Positions 9,443-17,472 of a stretch of DNA of 64,000 nucleotides are shown one piece after another (positions within the stretch are counted from its first letter, which is position 1; every line of letters starts with the position of its first letter). The notes below the pieces were generated by a model. The model saw only the letters and a list, made by a program, of their open reading frames with translations. It was not told the DNA's origin and ran no database searches. The position numbers were made by a program, and so were the translations under genes. Source of the stretch: a virus. The stretch lies in the IMG/VR virus record IMGVR_UViG_3300037155_000096. One strand, written 5' to 3'.

Positions 9443-10207
9443 CTAATTAAAAAAGAAATTTTCTAGATGCCGGCATAATGACATCATATCGTTAAAAATT
9501 GAATATTCATTTATTCCTGATAATAATAAAAATTTATTTGCCTCATTTATTAAGTCTTTATGAATCGGAAATTTATAAACACATTTAGGGACAAGTTCGT
9601 CTATACCCTGCTTTAATTTCCCATGTAATGTAAAGAAGCCTCCTTGTGCTATCATACGAGCATTAAATCTGAATGGGTAAAGTGCAATGGGGTAATCGTA
9701 TCTTTTCATTTTTACATCTTGATCAATAATATCAAGGTATCTATAAGGATAAATTTTGGTCAGTTCAGGATTTATTAATTCACCAATATTAAATGATTTT
9801 CTATTTAGCATAAAAGGATTCAAAATTACAATCTCTGGCAAATTTTTAGATTGTGGATTGTAATTCTTAATAGCAAAATATAGAGCAACGCCAAAATTAT
9901 TTGTCCAATCTAATAATCGAGTTGGAAGTCCATAATGCTGCATGAAAAATAAGTTGTGCCAAGTACTATCTTTATTAATTTGGTTCCCGGCGTTAGTAAC
10001 AAAATCAAAATACATATCATATTCCAAATATTTATCGTCATTAAATTTTTTAAGGTATTTACCACGATAGAGTCTTGGAATTAAATGATAAATCCCCTTA
10101 TTGTTGCTTTGACCTCGGAAATAAGGGACGTCGCACTTTAACTTTTTTAACTCGATGATTTGATTATAAACATTTTCTAATAGGTTTTCCCATTTTTTTG
10201 AATACAT
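9443..10207 (-). CDS. FRG domain protein
   Basis: YFRGQSN..LIPRLYR..MQHYGLPTRLLDWTNNFGVALYFA..NARMIAQGGFF; AT-rich codon usage. Confidence 0.92.
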   Translation of the reverse strand: MYSKKWENLLENVYNQIIELKKLKCDVPYFRGQSNNKGIYHLIPRLYRGKYLKKFNDDKYLEYDMYFDFVTNAGNQINKDSTWHNLFFMQHYGLPTRLLDWTNNFGVALYFAIKNYNPQSKNLPEIVILNPFMLNRKSFNIGELINPELTKIYPYRYLDIIDQDVKMKRYDYPIALYPFRFNARMIAQGGFFTLHGKLKQGIDELVPKCVYKFPIHKDLINEANKFLLLSGINEYSIFNDMMSLCRHLENFFFN

Positions 10208-10366
10208 ATTTTAGCCTATAATTATAATAATATTTTTTCGTTAAAGAGAATGTCTGACTTCGTTCTCGTTCTAACAACGATCATTTTAGGAGGGATTTTT
10301 CCATTTTAGAAATTTATATATTATATTGTTTGGCAAGAATCGTCCTAAATTAAAATATCTTTCATG

Positions 10367-10612
10367 TTACGAAAGCCAAAGTATCATAATTAAAAGAATA
10401 ATGAAGTTTATTATTCCAGCTAAGATACCTATTATCATTCTTTTTCGACTAAATAAATTAAACAACTGAGGAAAAGTTAATTCATCTCCATCTAATTTGT
10501 CAAAGAAATATTCACCGATGAATTTTTCTTTATCATATATTTGAAGGAAATAAGTTTTATTATCTTTAGAGAAAAGATGAATAAATTCTGCTTGATAATA
10601 TTTTAATGCCAT
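10367..10612 (-). CDS. small membrane protein
   Basis: C-terminal hydrophobic helix IIGILAGIINFIILLIMILW; AT-rich island. Confidence 0.55.
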   Translation of the reverse strand: MALKYYQAEFIHLFSKDNKTYFLQIYDKEKFIGEYFFDKLDGDELTFPQLFNLFSRKRMIIGILAGIINFIILLIMILWLS

Positions 10613-10695
10613 AAGAAACCTTGTATTATTTTATATAAACTGTTAGAATGTTAGTCAATTTTATATGAAATTTACCCAATAAATAGGAAAATAAT

Positions 10696-11157
10696 ATGAG
10701 TTTTCTTTCAAAATTATTTAAAGGTCAAATTTTAAAAATTAACGAACAAATAGACAATGTCTCTATAATAATTATGATGTCTACGGCCAAACGTTTATTA
10801 GATAAATATAGAAAATATTATGGAGAAGAAATATCCCCACTATTAGCTGCCGCTTTAGTAAATCGCCTATTTAATAAAGAACCAGGAAATGATGTCGGAG
10901 AAAAATTTTCTAAAGAAAATAAAGAATTGATTTTTAATGAATTATCAAAAATTAAAGATGAACCTGATATTTGTTATATGGTTAGTATGACGGCACATAT
11001 GAAAGCTAATATAGCTGGAAATTCTGCGCAATTTACTGAGAGTCTGCTTAGATGGATTTCAGAACTTGATAACCTTAAAATAATTATTCCTATAGAAAAA
11101 ATAAAAATGCCAAAATCTATTGATGAATTTATTGAAATGGCTCGTTCTTTTCATTGA
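10696..11157 (+). CDS. hypothetical protein (AT-rich island)
   Basis: 153-codon ORF in very AT-rich DNA with an AGGA upstream; opposite strand to the backbone. Confidence 0.75.
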   Translation: MSFLSKLFKGQILKINEQIDNVSIIIMMSTAKRLLDKYRKYYGEEISPLLAAALVNRLFNKEPGNDVGEKFSKENKELIFNELSKIKDEPDICYMVSMTAHMKANIAGNSAQFTESLLRWISELDNLKIIIPIEKIKMPKSIDEFIEMARSFH

Positions 11158-11161
11158 TTTA

Positions 11162-11269
11162 TTAATATAATATTCCTAATTGTTTGTCTTCAACGGATCT
11201 TGGGATCAGTTCATCCGCTTCATACTGCGCTAATTTCTCTTTGCTTCTTGGTATCGATACTGCTTTCAT
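11162..11269 (-). pseudogene. short, probably truncated backbone ORF at the island junction
   Basis: ATGA-coupled to the 11266 stop; MKAVSIPRSKEKLAQYEADELIPRSVEDKQLGILY* runs into AT-rich island DNA. Confidence 0.4.
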
Positions 11270-11688
11270 CTTTGTCCTTTGAATTCTTCCTTTCTGTAAT
11301 ACTTGCCCGCTTCATTTTTTCTGTTTCCATAAGTTTTCATAGCGAACATCATTATCGCTGGGATTTTTTCGGCATGTTCGACGACTTCCTGCGTATCCAC
11401 AAAATGAATCAGTGATTTCATCCCGCCCGGAAACGCTGCATGATAAACTCCATCATCGCCCCCCATCGGGTTACATTCGTAGCGGTCTACCCATTCCGAG
11501 TCACGATTTTTCGTAAACACCGTGAATGAGTCCATCTTGTTAGAGCAGCTGACAAACCTAAAGCGAGTCACTCCCCGCCTGGTCTGGGAGGGCATGGCGA
11601 ATACATCTCCCTTGTATGCCAGCAGGACTTCCAGATCCGGAACTCTTGCTAATACCTCATCAATAGATGCCAATCGATACCGTTTCAT
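11266..11688 (-). CDS. hypothetical protein, expanded paralogue family member
   Basis: SIDEVLARVPDLEVLLAYKGDVF. Confidence 0.75.
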   Translation of the reverse strand: MKRYRLASIDEVLARVPDLEVLLAYKGDVFAMPSQTRRGVTRFRFVSCSNKMDSFTVFTKNRDSEWVDRYECNPMGGDDGVYHAAFPGGMKSLIHFVDTQEVVEHAEKIPAIMMFAMKTYGNRKNEAGKYYRKEEFKGQR

Positions 11689-11774
11689 ATTATTTTCCAG
11701 AATAAGCCGATGACCGGCACTATGAATTTCAGATCCGGGTATGTGTCGAGCAAATCCGTTATTGATACTTCCAA
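11685..11774 (-). CDS. 29-aa mini-ORF holding only the shared family N-terminal motif
   Basis: TTG start abutting the upstream TAA; (M)EVSITDLLDTYPDLKFIVPVIGLFWKII*; ATGA-coupled to the next gene; not in the supplied ORF track. Confidence 0.5.
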   Translation of the reverse strand: MEVSITDLLDTYPDLKFIVPVIGLFWKII

Positions 11775-12110
11775 TTATTTTTTCACCAGTTTATCAACGA
11801 TTATCGTTACCAGCAATTCCTGTATGAATCCAACCGTCTCCGCGCCTTCCATAAGCTCAAAAAGTGCTTCCATATCTTCATTGCTGTATCTCGTATAATT
11901 GAAGTCCGCTGATTGCGTGCTTATCGTGTATGTGCATTTGCAGACCATCCCATCCGTGCCCAGATAATACGTGAACATGTTTTCTTTATCTGTAACTTCG
12001 ATTTCATAATCTCCCTCGAAAGTGTCCACCATCATATCCACGCGTCCTCGATATCCCACGATGAATCTCAGATCGGGTACTTGATCGAATACATCCTCCA
12101 TCTGTGGCAT
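11775..12110 (-). CDS. hypothetical protein, expanded paralogue family member
   Basis: QMEDVFDQVPDLRFIVGYRG..FTYYLGTDGMV. Confidence 0.75.
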   Translation of the reverse strand: MPQMEDVFDQVPDLRFIVGYRGRVDMMVDTFEGDYEIEVTDKENMFTYYLGTDGMVCKCTYTISTQSADFNYTRYSNEDMEALFELMEGAETVGFIQELLVTIIVDKLVKK

Positions 12111-12538
12111 TAAACGTCCTTGATATTATAATCGCTGAATTCCTCGGATATCACGCACTTAGTTCTTAATTTCCCGACCAGATACTTCATCATGGGGTAT
12201 GACAACCGTTCCTCGAACATATTTTCTCCCATGGCATTCATGTATCTTTCAAAAACATATTCGGTGCAGTTAAAATCGTTGAACGACCTTCTCTGCCTAT
12301 GAACGCTGTTAGTCGCTCCAAATTTTCTACCGTCCTCAAGGCCTATTATATACGTGACCGCCTTTCCCAGATAATCACACTCAACCGTATAAGAAGCCCC
12401 GTTGTGCCTGAATGTCGCCACACCATCGAAGCCGATGACAAATTTTATGTACGGAAATAGCTTGAATAACGAATGTATGTTATTCGGCAGATCTATAATC
12501 TGATTACCGGTTAATTCATTCATTTGGGAATTCCTCAA
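12110..12538 (-). CDS. hypothetical protein, expanded paralogue family member
   Basis: NIHSLFKLFPYIKFVIGFDG..VTYIIGLEDGRKF. Confidence 0.75.
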   Translation of the reverse strand: MRNSQMNELTGNQIIDLPNNIHSLFKLFPYIKFVIGFDGVATFRHNGASYTVECDYLGKAVTYIIGLEDGRKFGATNSVHRQRRSFNDFNCTEYVFERYMNAMGENMFEERLSYPMMKYLVGKLRTKCVISEEFSDYNIKDV

Positions 12539-12950
12539 ATACTTTCATTGCTTTAAGAATATAATCCATCATTGTGAACGATAACTTATTGGTCAAGCCC
12601 TTATCGGGCAGCAGGTTGATAAAATGGTCCATGTCCTCAAGATCGAAATCAAGCTGCTTCATCGTTTTGCCCTTATACGGATCTGCAACATCATGTACCG
12701 CCCGAAACATAAGCCCATTTTCCATGCCTATTAAATACGTTGTCGAATTATTCTTGTTCTGCAGGTATCTCGTAGTGTAAGTTTCTCCTCTTTCCAGCAT
12801 TATTTCACCCTTGATGCCGATGACAAACAAGATATCGGCGTGGCTGTTCATAAGCTCCTCGATATTTGGCTGCCTGTTAGTCTGCTTCAACATAATTCCT
12901 CTCGTATCCCGCGAGCAATAAATGTTTATACACGTAATCATGAATTCCAT
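12516..12950 (-). CDS. hypothetical protein, expanded paralogue family member (true start probably MLKQ, near 12893)
   Basis: NIEELMNSHADILFVIGIKG..TTYLIGMENGLMF. Confidence 0.75.
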   Translation of the reverse strand: MEFMITCINIYCSRDTRGIMLKQTNRQPNIEELMNSHADILFVIGIKGEIMLERGETYTTRYLQNKNNSTTYLIGMENGLMFRAVHDVADPYKGKTMKQLDFDLEDMDHFINLLPDKGLTNKLSFTMMDYILKAMKVFEEFPNE

Positions 12951-13251
12951 TCGGCATATACAAGGTGCATCTTTCTTCCGATAACAAATTCAGCGAGTAG
13001 CCCATATCGTCCAGATTCCACCCGCCCAGTTCATCAATATTGCGGTAACCGCTGTGAGTATCCTCGTAACACCTGAACACTTTACCGTCTGTCATGCCCG
13101 CGAAATACGTATATGTTCCACCATGCCCATAGAATACTTCGAAGGCGTAATCATTTCCTCTTTTCTTGAATTGCCAGTCTCCCTTTACGCCGAAAATAAA
13201 TTTCATTTGCGGAAAAGTGTCCAGCAAATCGAACATATTATGTTCTTTCAT
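12877..13251 (-). CDS. hypothetical protein, expanded paralogue family member
   Basis: NMFDLLDTFPQMKFIFGVKG..YTYFAGMTDGKVF. Confidence 0.75.
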   Translation of the reverse strand: MKEHNMFDLLDTFPQMKFIFGVKGDWQFKKRGNDYAFEVFYGHGGTYTYFAGMTDGKVFRCYEDTHSGYRNIDELGGWNLDDMGYSLNLLSEERCTLYMPNGIHDYVYKHLLLAGYERNYVEAD

Positions 13252-13844
13252 GCCGGTACGCTGTCTGCCATTATTTTAATCGCTTGCTCTCTCGAACTAA
13301 CCGGATTTATCTTACTGTCCCAAAGTTTCAGCCCTTTTTCAATGACGCTTAATAGCCCGCCATCCACATATTTTATTATCTTCTTCTTGGGTATCAGTTC
13401 CATAAATTTCTGCGGAGAAATTCTTTTCAATTCGTAAGGGACAAAACAGGTGGTTCCACCCTCTGTCGGGAAGTAACCCGCCCTAAAGAATAAACCTTTA
13501 ATCTCAACAACTACGCTCTGACATGCATCATCGAACGTAATCACCCGATGATACTTCTTTGTTCCCCGATATGTGCGCTCCTGTGTCATAAAATTGCACT
13601 TTAATCCGATTGCCATCGTCAGCTCAGGGAATTTGTCCAGAATAGCGTCCACCGGGACTATCGGTCTGACCGATTGGATCTCATCAAGGACCGATTTATA
13701 CACCTTCGTGGATATTTCCGACAGCATCTCTGCACCCACCGCAAAATCTGCTTCGTCATACTTTGCACCGTAATATTCTCTTGGATCCATTATTTCCCTT
13801 ATAATTTTAACGTTAAATAGCTTAATATACTTCTGTTTCTGCAT
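13248..13844 (-). CDS. hypothetical protein, family domain with an N-terminal extension
   Basis: internal PVDAILDKFPELTMAIGLK. Confidence 0.7.
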   Translation of the reverse strand: MQKQKYIKLFNVKIIREIMDPREYYGAKYDEADFAVGAEMLSEISTKVYKSVLDEIQSVRPIVPVDAILDKFPELTMAIGLKCNFMTQERTYRGTKKYHRVITFDDACQSVVVEIKGLFFRAGYFPTEGGTTCFVPYELKRISPQKFMELIPKKKIIKYVDGGLLSVIEKGLKLWDSKINPVSSREQAIKIMADSVPA

Positions 13845-14208
13845 TTATCCTTGTCATGGCTATATCGTAATATGCCTTATATGCCGATTCCGCCATCGCT
13901 TTCGAGCCTTTCAATACTGTCCCTGCTGGCACCGTGCAACGGGAAATGCTGGAATCCCCAGTGTAAATGTTCACCATAACGAGTTCTGCAACGCCCCGTT
14001 TTACCCGAATCATCCTGCAAGCCACGCCCTGAGTCTCCCATAACAGGTATCCAGTCTTTTGAGCCAGCTTTATCAGATCATTCGTGGCTTCTTCTTCCCG
14101 GATGTAACTGAGCTGCATCGACAACTTTTCGATTTCTTTCTGGTTTTTCTCGATTGCCTTAGCAATTCCAATACTTAAACGTTTTTTCTTGAGTGCATCT
14201 GATTTCAT
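13822..14208 (-). CDS. hypothetical protein (possible paralogue of 14208-14591)
   Basis: N-terminal coiled coil then CRMIRV..ELVMVNI. Confidence 0.7.
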   Translation of the reverse strand: MKSDALKKKRLSIGIAKAIEKNQKEIEKLSMQLSYIREEEATNDLIKLAQKTGYLLWETQGVACRMIRVKRGVAELVMVNIYTGDSSISRCTVPAGTVLKGSKAMAESAYKAYYDIAMTRINAETEVY

Positions 14209-14591
14209 TAGCCTGTTTTTCCTTTTTGTAAGGTCACGTTAATCTGTTTCAAACCCTGAAAGAGCAGACTGTTAAATTTCTTCTCCGTAATTACCCCGGC
14301 ATCCTGAATGTTAATGCCCATGTCATCGAACGTAGTGAACTTGGATCTCACTACGACCGAACCATTCTTGTCCACCTTGAGCATAACAAAATTCACCTGA
14401 TATCCGTCGATACGAATGATCTTCATCGCCAATGTCTTATCCGAGAACCCGAAGTATTTCGAACTGTGGAACTTCTCAAGCATCTCCGCCCTTTCTATTG
14501 CCGCTAACCCTTTTTCAAGCAGACTCACATCTGCCCTTCTAACCTTGAGTGATTTCTGTAAAGCTATTTTCTCTCGATTACGTTCTTTCAT
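14208..14591 (-). CDS. hypothetical protein (possible paralogue of 13822-14208)
   Basis: N-terminal coiled coil then AMKIIRI..NFVMLKV. Confidence 0.7.
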   Translation of the reverse strand: MKERNREKIALQKSLKVRRADVSLLEKGLAAIERAEMLEKFHSSKYFGFSDKTLAMKIIRIDGYQVNFVMLKVDKNGSVVVRSKFTTFDDMGINIQDAGVITEKKFNSLLFQGLKQINVTLQKGKTG

Positions 14592-14627
14592 TTTTCATAA
14601 TTCCTTCCTTAATTGCAGAATGAGTGT

Positions 14628-14659
14628 GTTTAAGTAATACTTACAAGTTCCATGCTAAG
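14628..14659 (-). promoter_or_regulatory. repeated sigma54-like promoter motif
   Basis: CTTAGCATGGAACTTGTAAGTATTACTTAAAC; first 31 nt identical to the 7033 copy. Confidence 0.75.
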
Positions 14660-14699
14660 AAAAAATATTTTTATTAACTGCCGTAACAGACCATAGGAC

Positions 14700-14768
14700 T
14701 ATCCCTCGGATATGACTTGAATTAGCATGTTATGAGTTCACAGCTCTAACGAATTATGCTACCACTCT
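14700..14768 (-). pseudogene. possible decayed tRNA-Met(CAT) relic
   Basis: D-arm-like TAGCATAATTCGTTAGAGC, anticodon loop CTCATAA (14730-14736), T-loop-like TTCAAGT; stems largely unpaired. Confidence 0.25.
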
Positions 14769-15279
14769 GGCGATTTTCCCCCCACTCTACACAATTTTTC
14801 AGGAACACACCACTCGATTTTTTTTTACATATTCTCGATTACGAAACAGCTATTCTCGGGAAGCACTCCACTCCGGTTACATTAACAGGACAAATAAAAT
14901 TTGTGTGGCTATTGCTCGCAAGTCGCACGTCGAATCATACGTTTCGTAACTGGGATCGGATACCACTCATAGGTGAACACTTATACATCATAGGTCACGG
15001 ATATATCGATTGTAAACGTTATTCACGGCATATACATGTTTTTCACAGATACTGCATGAATTAACGATATACACGATGTCCGCTGGATTAACAGATATGA
15101 CTGATATACGGGATTTACACTGGATACACTGATTACACTGATGCCGCCATTTGCCTCATTGCCCATCTGGACAACAGTTGCATGCGTTGCCTGGTAACAA
15201 ACGTTACTTTGCCTGGTAACAAAGCTGACTTAATACACTTCACTGCATATACACTCACTTATATACGCTTTATATTAGT

Positions 15280-16120
15280 ACGGCGCAAAGGAGTCGAACC
15301 TTCACTGAGACGAATAACTGCATCCACACCACCTAATAAGCCAAAAGCCTCTTGAGACATACTGCCTGCATCAGTTACTGCATTTCCATCAACCCGTCGG
15401 CTGACATACTAATCAGGTATACTTAGCAGCGATGTACTTCTCGGCTGTATCGATCCTATTGGGACTGATGACGCCATGTGTACCTCTTTCAGTATCCATT
15501 TGACCTTGGCAGGATCTGTCGCTATTATCTTCATCTCTATCTGGCTTATGAGGGCCAGCGCGGTTGCCATTTTGCTAACGCCGTATGTTTTAATACGAAA
15601 GCCCAGACAGTATTGCGACCGCTGGGCTTTCTTCCATATAACTTACTTGAGCAAGCGTTCTCGTCGACCAAACGAAATTGCTTGCATTAACTTAAACTTT
15701 CTTTTTGTCAGTGCCAACAGATATGGTCGCATCTGTCGCTTAGCATACATTTACAGGTGCCGTTATTTTCAGACACCGCATGACTCCTCCGTGGCTGCTC
15801 GCCTTTCTCCGGTTGAACATTCAGCTCTTATAAGGCTGACAGTATACTTGAATCGTAACACACCTGCAGTATTGCTACCGGCGGAATCTCTATGACCTAG
15901 CGTAACGCCCAGTCTACGATTAAGAGTAGCGTTTCCCCTTCCCGGCTATCCGCACGGAAACAAGGTTTGCTACAAACTGTGAAGAGCGTTGGGAATCTAT
16001 TCTGAAGTCTATCCGACCTTAGCGTAATTCAACCAACCTACGACATCAGCTCCAACCGCCTCCAACCAGTAAACTCATCAGGCACCGACGAATCGTTCAC
16101 GACAGACATTTTCAAAGCTG
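15280..16120 (-). ncRNA. large (about 800 nt) structured ncRNA, GOLLD-like
   Basis: No credible ORF; many hairpins with GNRA loops and G-U pairs on the minus strand (10-bp stem at 15597-15631; CGGTA-GCAA-TACTG at 15867-15880); recurring YUCAA segments; size and 3' sequence GCAGTTATTCGTCTCAGTG resemble GOLLD as recalled, not searched. Confidence 0.55.
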
Positions 16121-16125
16121 TTTTT

Positions 16126-16377
16126 CTAAAAAATCATTCCTATCACTATACCGATGATAACACCCGTTGCCAATACATACGAAAGTATCGTCATCTTAAT
16201 TTTCTGAGCTTCATACTGAACCGAGACTTGAGTCTGAATATCATTTACCAGACTGACCATTTGGTTCAGCGCTGGGGACTCGGACCTGATTTGCTGCATG
16301 GATCTTGCAACCCGTACTCTTGACTCCTGCATTTGCTGTTCCATCAGCTTCAGCCGTTTGAACATAAAATATCCCAT
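16126..16377 (-). CDS. coiled-coil protein with C-terminal TM helix
   Basis: ILSYVLATGVIIGIVIGMIF C-terminus. Confidence 0.65.
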   Translation of the reverse strand: MGYFMFKRLKLMEQQMQESRVRVARSMQQIRSESPALNQMVSLVNDIQTQVSVQYEAQKIKMTILSYVLATGVIIGIVIGMIF

Positions 16378-16817
16378 GTCGTTTTCAGAATGTTGCCATG
16401 GACAAAATATCCGGTATATAAACAGTAAATCACGACCAGCATTATCGTCGCCACCGCATCTGATGCCATAAGGATCAGGTATCCGGTGAAATTAAACGTG
16501 TCGTTCTTGTGCAGGAAATGTTCAGTTATCGCCACCACAAAAGACAGTATTATCAATGCCGTGCAAAAATCGATTAACGGCGTCCAGAACAAAGCAATCG
16601 TTGCCAAAGCATACAAATGCATGATTACCAAACGGGGCGTTGTCTTCAGTGGAGTACGATCTTTCTTTTCCACCTTCCTGGATTTCTCCAGATCATTCTG
16701 GTACTGATTCTCAAACTTCTCTGGTTCAAACAGCGTACAATAAATCGTATGCAGTTCGATGAATATCACAGCTATCAAAAATAATTCCCAATGTATCATT
16801 CTCATCTCCGGAGGCAT
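16350..16817 (-). CDS. multi-pass membrane protein
   Basis: about 4 hydrophobic segments. Confidence 0.7.
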   Translation of the reverse strand: MPPEMRMIHWELFLIAVIFIELHTIYCTLFEPEKFENQYQNDLEKSRKVEKKDRTPLKTTPRLVIMHLYALATIALFWTPLIDFCTALIILSFVVAITEHFLHKNDTFNFTGYLILMASDAVATIMLVVIYCLYTGYFVHGNILKTTWDILCSNG

Positions 16818-17074
16818 TCATTTATAATCTGAATACCAATTATTAAATTAAATTTTTGAATTCGAAATTCCCACCTTGGGAACTTCAGGAGCCGCTGAGG
16901 ATCTTTCGAGCCTCCATCAGGTGATGTTGGAGTATGGATTACCCGGAATGTGCTTGTAATCGCCGCGGTTCCGGGCTTATTTTTATATCCATCTCTTCGT
17001 GCATCCGATTGCGCAATGGTCAGAAACGTTTTTGTCAATCTCGTGGATACTTCAGGGGACCAAACCTGAAGCAC
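16802..17074 (-). CDS. hypothetical protein (start uncertain)
   Basis: fills the gap in the minus-strand run; GTG start. Confidence 0.4.
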   Translation of the reverse strand: MLQVWSPEVSTRLTKTFLTIAQSDARRDGYKNKPGTAAITSTFRVIHTPTSPDGGSKDPQRLLKFPRWEFRIQKFNLIIGIQIINECLRR

Positions 17075-17095
17075 CCACCCACCGTTAGCAGTAGA

Positions 17096-17464
17096 TCAAT
17101 ATATCTCGATATTCTCATCAAGTGTCTGAGCTATCGTTTCGACATAGCCGCAGCCTTCCAGTCTGTCATAATTTTCAACAGGCTCGTAGCCTTCCTTGAT
17201 TTTCGAATCCAGAATAGCATCGAACTCTCCGCCCTGGATATGCTCGACCTTGGGAGACAAAGCCTTGCCCCATCTGCCCCAAAATCTAGCCATCTGGGCG
17301 CCATCCTCTGACTTTGCCGTCATGATAACATATAGCTTGTCATGATTGTCTGACGTATTCTCGATGACCGCAATGTCTTCGATTCCGAAGTGTTTCATCA
17401 GCTGGTCAACAGTCTGAATGGGAGGTCTTGTATCGACCGGTCTTGCCGTTTTCTTTGTTGCCAT
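17096..17464 (-). CDS. WGR domain protein
   Basis: KLYVI..ARFWGRWG..LDSKIKEGY matches the WGR signature (WGR.G..K..KGY). Confidence 0.75.
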   Translation of the reverse strand: MATKKTARPVDTRPPIQTVDQLMKHFGIEDIAVIENTSDNHDKLYVIMTAKSEDGAQMARFWGRWGKALSPKVEHIQGGEFDAILDSKIKEGYEPVENYDRLEGCGYVETIAQTLDENIEIY

Positions 17465-17472
17465 AAATCTCC

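Noticed and set aside
15280-16120. tmRNA or RNase P RNA
   Set aside because: There is no GGGG 5' end, TCCACCA 3' end, G3-U70 pair or tag ORF, and no GAGGAAAGTCC core.
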